Position numbers and translations under genes: made by a program. DNA of 35,397 nucleotides from a virus. Under the pieces are notes generated by a model. The model had not been told where the DNA came from and searched no databases. It saw only the letters and a list, made by a program, of their open reading frames with translations. Positions 32,611 to 35,397 of the stretch are shown piece after piece; position 1 is the first letter of the stretch; every line of letters starts with the position of its first letter. The stretch is from IMG/VR virus record IMGVR_UViG_3300002098_000018; one strand, given 5' to 3'.

Positions 32611-32612
32611 GA

Positions 32613-32831
32613 TTACTCCGCTTCAATATTAATAAGTTGTTCAGTAATAGTTTCAATGACGTAATTGGCCAAAACTTCTTGCAAGTCTTGAGTATCGCTG
32701 CCAGCTTCAATTGAGATAATTTCGATGTTATATTCGGTAGGACTGTCACCAGTGCCTAATGGATCGTGCTCAATTTCACATTCATAGTAAACGTCAAATT
32801 GCACACCTAAGACTTCAATAGTTTGTAACAT
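32613..32831 (-). CDS. Small acidic hypothetical protein (72 aa)
   Basis: ATG at 32831 preceded by GAGAGGAAATATT. MLQTIEVLGVQFDVYYECEIEHDPLGTGDSPTEY... Confidence 0.55.
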   Translation of the reverse strand: MLQTIEVLGVQFDVYYECEIEHDPLGTGDSPTEYNIEIISIEAGSDTQDLQEVLANYVIETITEQLINIEAE

Positions 32832-32874
32832 AATATTTCCTCTCGTTTCCGTTAATTTGCTTGCTACAGTTACC

Positions 32875-32903
32875 AATATACAGAAGGCGATAACGAATAG
32901 CAA
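32875..32903 (-). promoter_or_regulatory. Internal leftward sigma70 promoter (TTGCTA-N17-TATATT), near-duplicate of the promoter at 33798-33826
   Basis: Minus strand reads AGTGCTTGCTATTCGTTATCGCCTTCTGTATATTGGTAACTGTAG. The flanks AGTGCTTGC and CTGTATATT.GTAACTGTAG are shared with the other copy. Confidence 0.65.
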
Positions 32904-32917
32904 GCACTTTATATCAA

Positions 32918-33457
32918 TTATTTAATATCATTTAAAGCGTATCTAACAACATCACACCAGGCGCTATTAAACAAACCGTTTTTATACATCTCAACAGTCG
33001 GGATTGGTTCGCCGCACATAGTGCCATATTGCTGCTGCAAACCGTCTAATGCCTGCTGGATCATGGCATCGCTTAACTCGCGATTAGTAAATAAGTATTT
33101 TGTACCACCAAACGCATCGTTCCAGCTGTTGTTGTAATATTCGTAGCTGTCTGTCATGCCATCAAATCTGCCGTATTCGTATTTGCCGATCACCGCTTCA
33201 ACTTGATTAACAGTAGGGCCATCAGTCCAACGCACTTTTACGCTGTCACCCATGCTGTATTGATCGCTAGTGACGCTGAATTTAACACCAGGAAACGCAG
33301 CTCTTAATTCAACACGAATATTCTTTGCTGCAATCACACAATTGTTGCCTGGTACAAGATTAGGATATTGAGCCTGTAAATCTACAACCGCAACATCCCT
33401 AGCGGCTCGCGCCGCCTGGTAGTCGTTAAAAGCATTTACCACGTTTTGAATTTCCAT
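32918..33457 (-). CDS. Hypothetical early protein (179 aa), possibly related to LPD29-type polyvalent-protein domains
   Basis: ATG at 33457. IRVELRAAFPGVKFSVTSDQYSMGDSVKVRWTDGPTVNQVEAVIGKYEYGRFDGMTDSYEYY resembles a domain I recall from polyvalent proteins of plasmids and phages (unverified). Confidence 0.55.
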   Translation of the reverse strand: MEIQNVVNAFNDYQAARAARDVAVVDLQAQYPNLVPGNNCVIAAKNIRVELRAAFPGVKFSVTSDQYSMGDSVKVRWTDGPTVNQVEAVIGKYEYGRFDGMTDSYEYYNNSWNDAFGGTKYLFTNRELSDAMIQQALDGLQQQYGTMCGEPIPTVEMYKNGLFNSAWCDVVRYALNDIK

Positions 33458-33479
33458 TTTATTTCCCTTTCGTTTCCTA

Positions 33480-33755
33480 TTAATTTGCAAACACAATACT
33501 GCCAGTGTCGTACCATTCCCAGTAACCACCATTTTCAGTGGCCCAGTTTTCTAATGCTGGGTTAATCCAGCTATGGCCACGTTCACCATAATAATCAGCA
33601 GCATTATCACCGTACTCAGCACTAACAAACAACATCCCATCACGAACAAAACCATGCGGATCACGCATTACTGAAACAAACTCACGTTCTGCGCGATTGT
33701 AAACAAGACATTCTAATGCTGGCAAAGTCGCTACTAAGTTTTCTAAGTTTTGCAT
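33480..33755 (-). CDS. First leftward early gene, hypothetical (91 aa)
   Basis: Preceded by AAAAGGAAATAAA. The YGDNAADYYGERGHSWINPALENWATENGGYWEWYD block matches no function I know. Confidence 0.6.
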   Translation of the reverse strand: MQNLENLVATLPALECLVYNRAEREFVSVMRDPHGFVRDGMLFVSAEYGDNAADYYGERGHSWINPALENWATENGGYWEWYDTGSIVFAN

Positions 33756-33797
33756 TTTATTTCCTTTTCGTTTCCGTTGTTAATCACTACAGTTACT

Positions 33798-33826
33798 AAT
33801 ATACAGATCTATTAAATGATTTGCAA
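33798..33826 (-). promoter_or_regulatory. Leftward early sigma70 promoter (TTGCAA-N17-TATATT)
   Basis: Minus strand reads AGTGCTTGCAAATCATTTAATAGATCTGTATATTAGTAACTGTAG. Lies in the divergent control region. Confidence 0.7.
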
Positions 33827-33845
33827 GCACTAAATATCATTAATA

Positions 33846-33875
33846 TTGATAAAAAGATAAAATAATTCATAAAAT
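33846..33875 (+). promoter_or_regulatory. Rightward early sigma70 promoter (TTGATA-N18-TAAAAT)
   Basis: Back-to-back with the leftward promoter (19 bp between the -35 boxes). Upstream of the strong AAGGAG RBS at 33906. Confidence 0.55.
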
Positions 33876-33898
33876 GAATAAAAAGGTGTATTATTCAT
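33865..33898. promoter_or_regulatory. Candidate operator: three ATTCAT/ATGAAT half-sites overlapping the -10 and start region of the rightward promoter
   Basis: ATTCAT-AAA-ATGAAT palindrome (33865-33879), plus ATGAATAA-N9-TTATTCAT (33874-33898). Confidence 0.45.
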
Positions 33899-33916
33899 GC
33901 AACAAAAGGAGCAATT

Positions 33917-34084
33917 ATGGCTAGAGGTGGAGCACGACCAGGCGCAGGAAGGCCGCGGAATACGCATGAAACTTTACAAATTAAGATTACTATTCCTATT
34001 AACATGAAAAACCAGCTTAAAAAGTTAGGTGGATCCAAGTGGATTGTTGATCAAATATTGAAAGCATCATTAAGCGATGAATGA
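33917..34084 (+). CDS. First rightward early gene: small basic, possibly ribbon-helix-helix DNA-binding protein (55 aa; below the track cutoff)
   Basis: AAGGAG RBS. MARGGARPGAGRPRNTHETLQIKITIPINMKNQLKKLGGSKWIVDQILKASLSDE has a beta-strand then helix pattern. Confidence 0.55.
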   Translation: MARGGARPGAGRPRNTHETLQIKITIPINMKNQLKKLGGSKWIVDQILKASLSDE

Positions 34085-34418
34085 ACACCAAGAGCAAGTA
34101 GCATTGATCCATTGGTTTAGGCTTGCACATCCTAAACTGATTATGTTTGCTATTCCTAATGCTGCAAAGCGCAGCCCTGGCCTGGCTGCCTATATGAAAG
34201 CCGAGGGCCTTGTTGCTGGTGTAAGTGATTTGTTTTTAATGAAGCCAAACAAGCAACATCACGGCCTATTCATCGAGATGAAAGCAGCCAAAGGTAAGGT
34301 ATCAGAACAGCAGGAATATTTCGTGCAGCAGGCGCAGCTGCAAGGGTACGCAGCTTGCGTATGTTTTGGCTTTGAACAGGCTCAATCCACTATTGAAAAC
34401 TACTTGCGCGATGTCTGA
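34077..34418 (+). CDS. VRR-NUC domain nuclease
   Basis: EQVALIHWFR...AIPNAAKRSPGLAAYMKAEGLVAGVSDLFL...GLFIEMKAAKGKVSEQQEYF... is the VRR-NUC (PD-(D/E)XK) pattern. Confidence 0.8.
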   Translation: MNEHQEQVALIHWFRLAHPKLIMFAIPNAAKRSPGLAAYMKAEGLVAGVSDLFLMKPNKQHHGLFIEMKAAKGKVSEQQEYFVQQAQLQGYAACVCFGFEQAQSTIENYLRDV

Positions 34419-34575
34419 TAATCATTTAATCTTTAACGATCGCGTGGTGGCGATTAACATAGTATGGCTTCACATGGGCACTGGCGGTTACTATACCGTT
34501 CCACCAACATCCTTAAAAAAGATGAGTGCCCAGGTGAGGCCATTTTTTTTGGATAAAAATTATGGACTGGTTTAA
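34411..34575 (+). CDS. Possible small ORF (54 aa)
   Basis: ATG at 34411 overlaps the VRR-NUC stop (ATGTCTGA). No clear SD. It fills an otherwise 143-nt gap. Confidence 0.25.
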   Translation: MSDNHLIFNDRVVAINIVWLHMGTGGYYTVPPTSLKKMSAQVRPFFLDKNYGLV

Positions 34576-35314
34576 ACACGATTCAAACGCCAATCTAGAC
34601 GAGAAGCTGCAGGAAGTGCTGCTCGATTATGGCTTAGAAGGTTACGGCCTTTATTGGTATTGCATAGAACTGATTGTTGGCAAGACATCTGCAGATAACA
34701 TTACTTTTGAGCTCAAGCATGATGCCAGGATTATTGCCAGGAACACAGGATCAACTCCCCAGAAAGTAGAGGAGATGATGAAACGTTTTGTGGATGTTGG
34801 TTTGTTTGAAAACATAGACGGCAAGATCACTTGTTTGAAGGTAGCAAAACGCTTGATGACATCCGCCACAAGCAACCCACAGATGCGCGTTCTCATTCAA
34901 AATATCAAATCAAATCAAGAGAATGAAAACACATCACGACACCGTCATGACGATGTCATGCCAGATAAGATAAGATTAGATAAGATTAGAGTAGATAAGA
35001 TAGATAAATACACGCCACCAATTCCTACGGACTTGTTGTCTGATTATCTAAAAATCCGCAAAGTAAAGAAAGCTGGTGAGCTTACAGAGCGAGCATACCT
35101 GGCAATTGTTCGAGAAGCCAAGATCGCTGGTATTACTCCAGAAAAAGCAATTGAGATTTGCTGCGAGCGCAGCTGGATAAGTTTCAAGGCTGAATGGATA
35201 ACTAAAGACAAACCAAAAACATATCAAGATTCACGCGAGGCTGCAGCGCGCACTGCGTTTGGATCATTATTAGATCATTATCAGATAGCTGAAAGGGATA
35301 TTACTAATGACTAA
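34562..35314 (+). CDS. Replisome organizer / replication initiator (DUF4373-type N-terminus)
   Basis: MDWFKHDSNANLDEKLQEVLLDYGLEGYGLYWYCIELIV matches the Lin1244/DUF4373 N-domain. Followed by the P-like loader with an ATGA overlap. Contains iterons. Confidence 0.75.
   Translation: MDWFKHDSNANLDEKLQEVLLDYGLEGYGLYWYCIELIVGKTSADNITFELKHDARIIARNTGSTPQKVEEMMKRFVDVGLFENIDGKITCLKVAKRLMTSATSNPQMRVLIQNIKSNQENENTSRHRHDDVMPDKIRLDKIRVDKIDKYTPPIPTDLLSDYLKIRKVKKAGELTERAYLAIVREAKIAGITPEKAIEICCERSWISFKAEWITKDKPKTYQDSREAAARTAFGSLLDHYQIAERDITND
34963..35009. repeat. Iteron cluster inside the organizer gene (AGATAAGAT three times at 15-bp spacing, plus AGATAAAT); candidate replication origin
   Basis: AGATAAGAT at 34963, 34978 and 34993. 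TAAGATTAGA is tandemly duplicated at 34971-34990. A 10-bp palindrome CGTCATGACG lies at 34943-34952. Confidence 0.6.
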
Positions 35315-35397
35315 CTATTTACCTAAAGAATGGGTAGAGCGTATTTTCCAAAGACTGCATGGCCGCTTTGGTAATTCATTTACAGATAAATTTAAAC
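35307..35397 (+). CDS. 5' end of the P-like helicase-loader gene (continues at base 1 after circularisation)
   Basis: The ATG at 35307 overlaps the organizer stop (ATGACTAA). The reading frame continues into the repeat, which equals bases 1-88. Confidence 0.75.
   Translation, partial: MTNYLPKEWVERIFQRLHGRFGNSFTDKFK
35310..35397. repeat. Terminal direct repeat, copy B
   Basis: Identical to bases 1-88. Confidence 0.95.

Larger units (their letters stand above)
1..35309. mobile_element. One complete unit of a tailed-phage genome (lambdoid early/replication genes, P22-type virion module, Gram-negative lysis cassette)
   Basis: Gene content read from the ORF translations. The identical 88-bp ends show the contig closes on itself. 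Confidence 0.85.

Noticed and set aside
34366-34410. Track start at 34366 for the 69-aa ORF
   Set aside because: It would overlap the VRR-NUC gene by 53 nt. If the ORF is real at all, the ATG at 34411 overlapping the VRR-NUC stop is more plausible.

Overview
The window is one complete unit (35,309 bp) of a tailed-phage genome. Bases 1-88 are identical to 35310-35397, so the contig closes on itself, and one gene (a lambda P-like helicase loader) runs across that junction. The sequence is visibly AT-rich; GC was not computed.

Layout:
- A divergent early control region lies at about 33.76-33.92 kb.
- Leftward operon (33755->30608, minus strand): two unknown early genes, then a Rad52/Sak-like annealase, a YqaJ exonuclease and a very short SSB-like protein.
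- Rightward genes: a small RHH-like protein, a VRR-NUC nuclease, a DUF4373-type replisome organizer with internal iterons, the P-like loader, a LuxR-type HTH protein, and a lambdoid nin-like block (DUF3310, YbcO/DUF1364-like, Cys-rich protein, wHTH, NinB).
- A promoter-to-terminator cassette with a zeta-toxin-like P-loop kinase follows.
- Next is a cluster of tiny genes containing two GroES/Cpn10 paralogs.
- A P22-type virion module comes next: TerS, TerL, portal, scaffold, coat, gp4-like, gp10-like and three ejection-protein-like genes. A large receptor-binding insert sits between coat and gp4.
- A Gram-negative lysis cassette follows (M15 endolysin, holin, overlapped spanins).
- The late unit ends with an HTH-fused metallophosphoesterase, then a terminator, tRNA-Thr(UGU) and a repeat-bearing non-coding region.

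I recognised no integrase, CI-type repressor, reverse transcriptase or CRISPR array.

Most interesting candidates:
- the zeta-like kinase cassette (3362-4680)
- the HTH-metallophosphoesterase next to the tRNA (29071-30231)
- the dual GroES cluster (4706-6019)
- the duplicated early promoters with unknown first-expressed genes
- the 82-aa SSB-like protein with a DEDIPF tail
- a ~65-aa domain inserted three times across the gp4/gp10-like tail genes

All family assignments come from reading motifs in the translations by eye and from memory. None was verified by a search.
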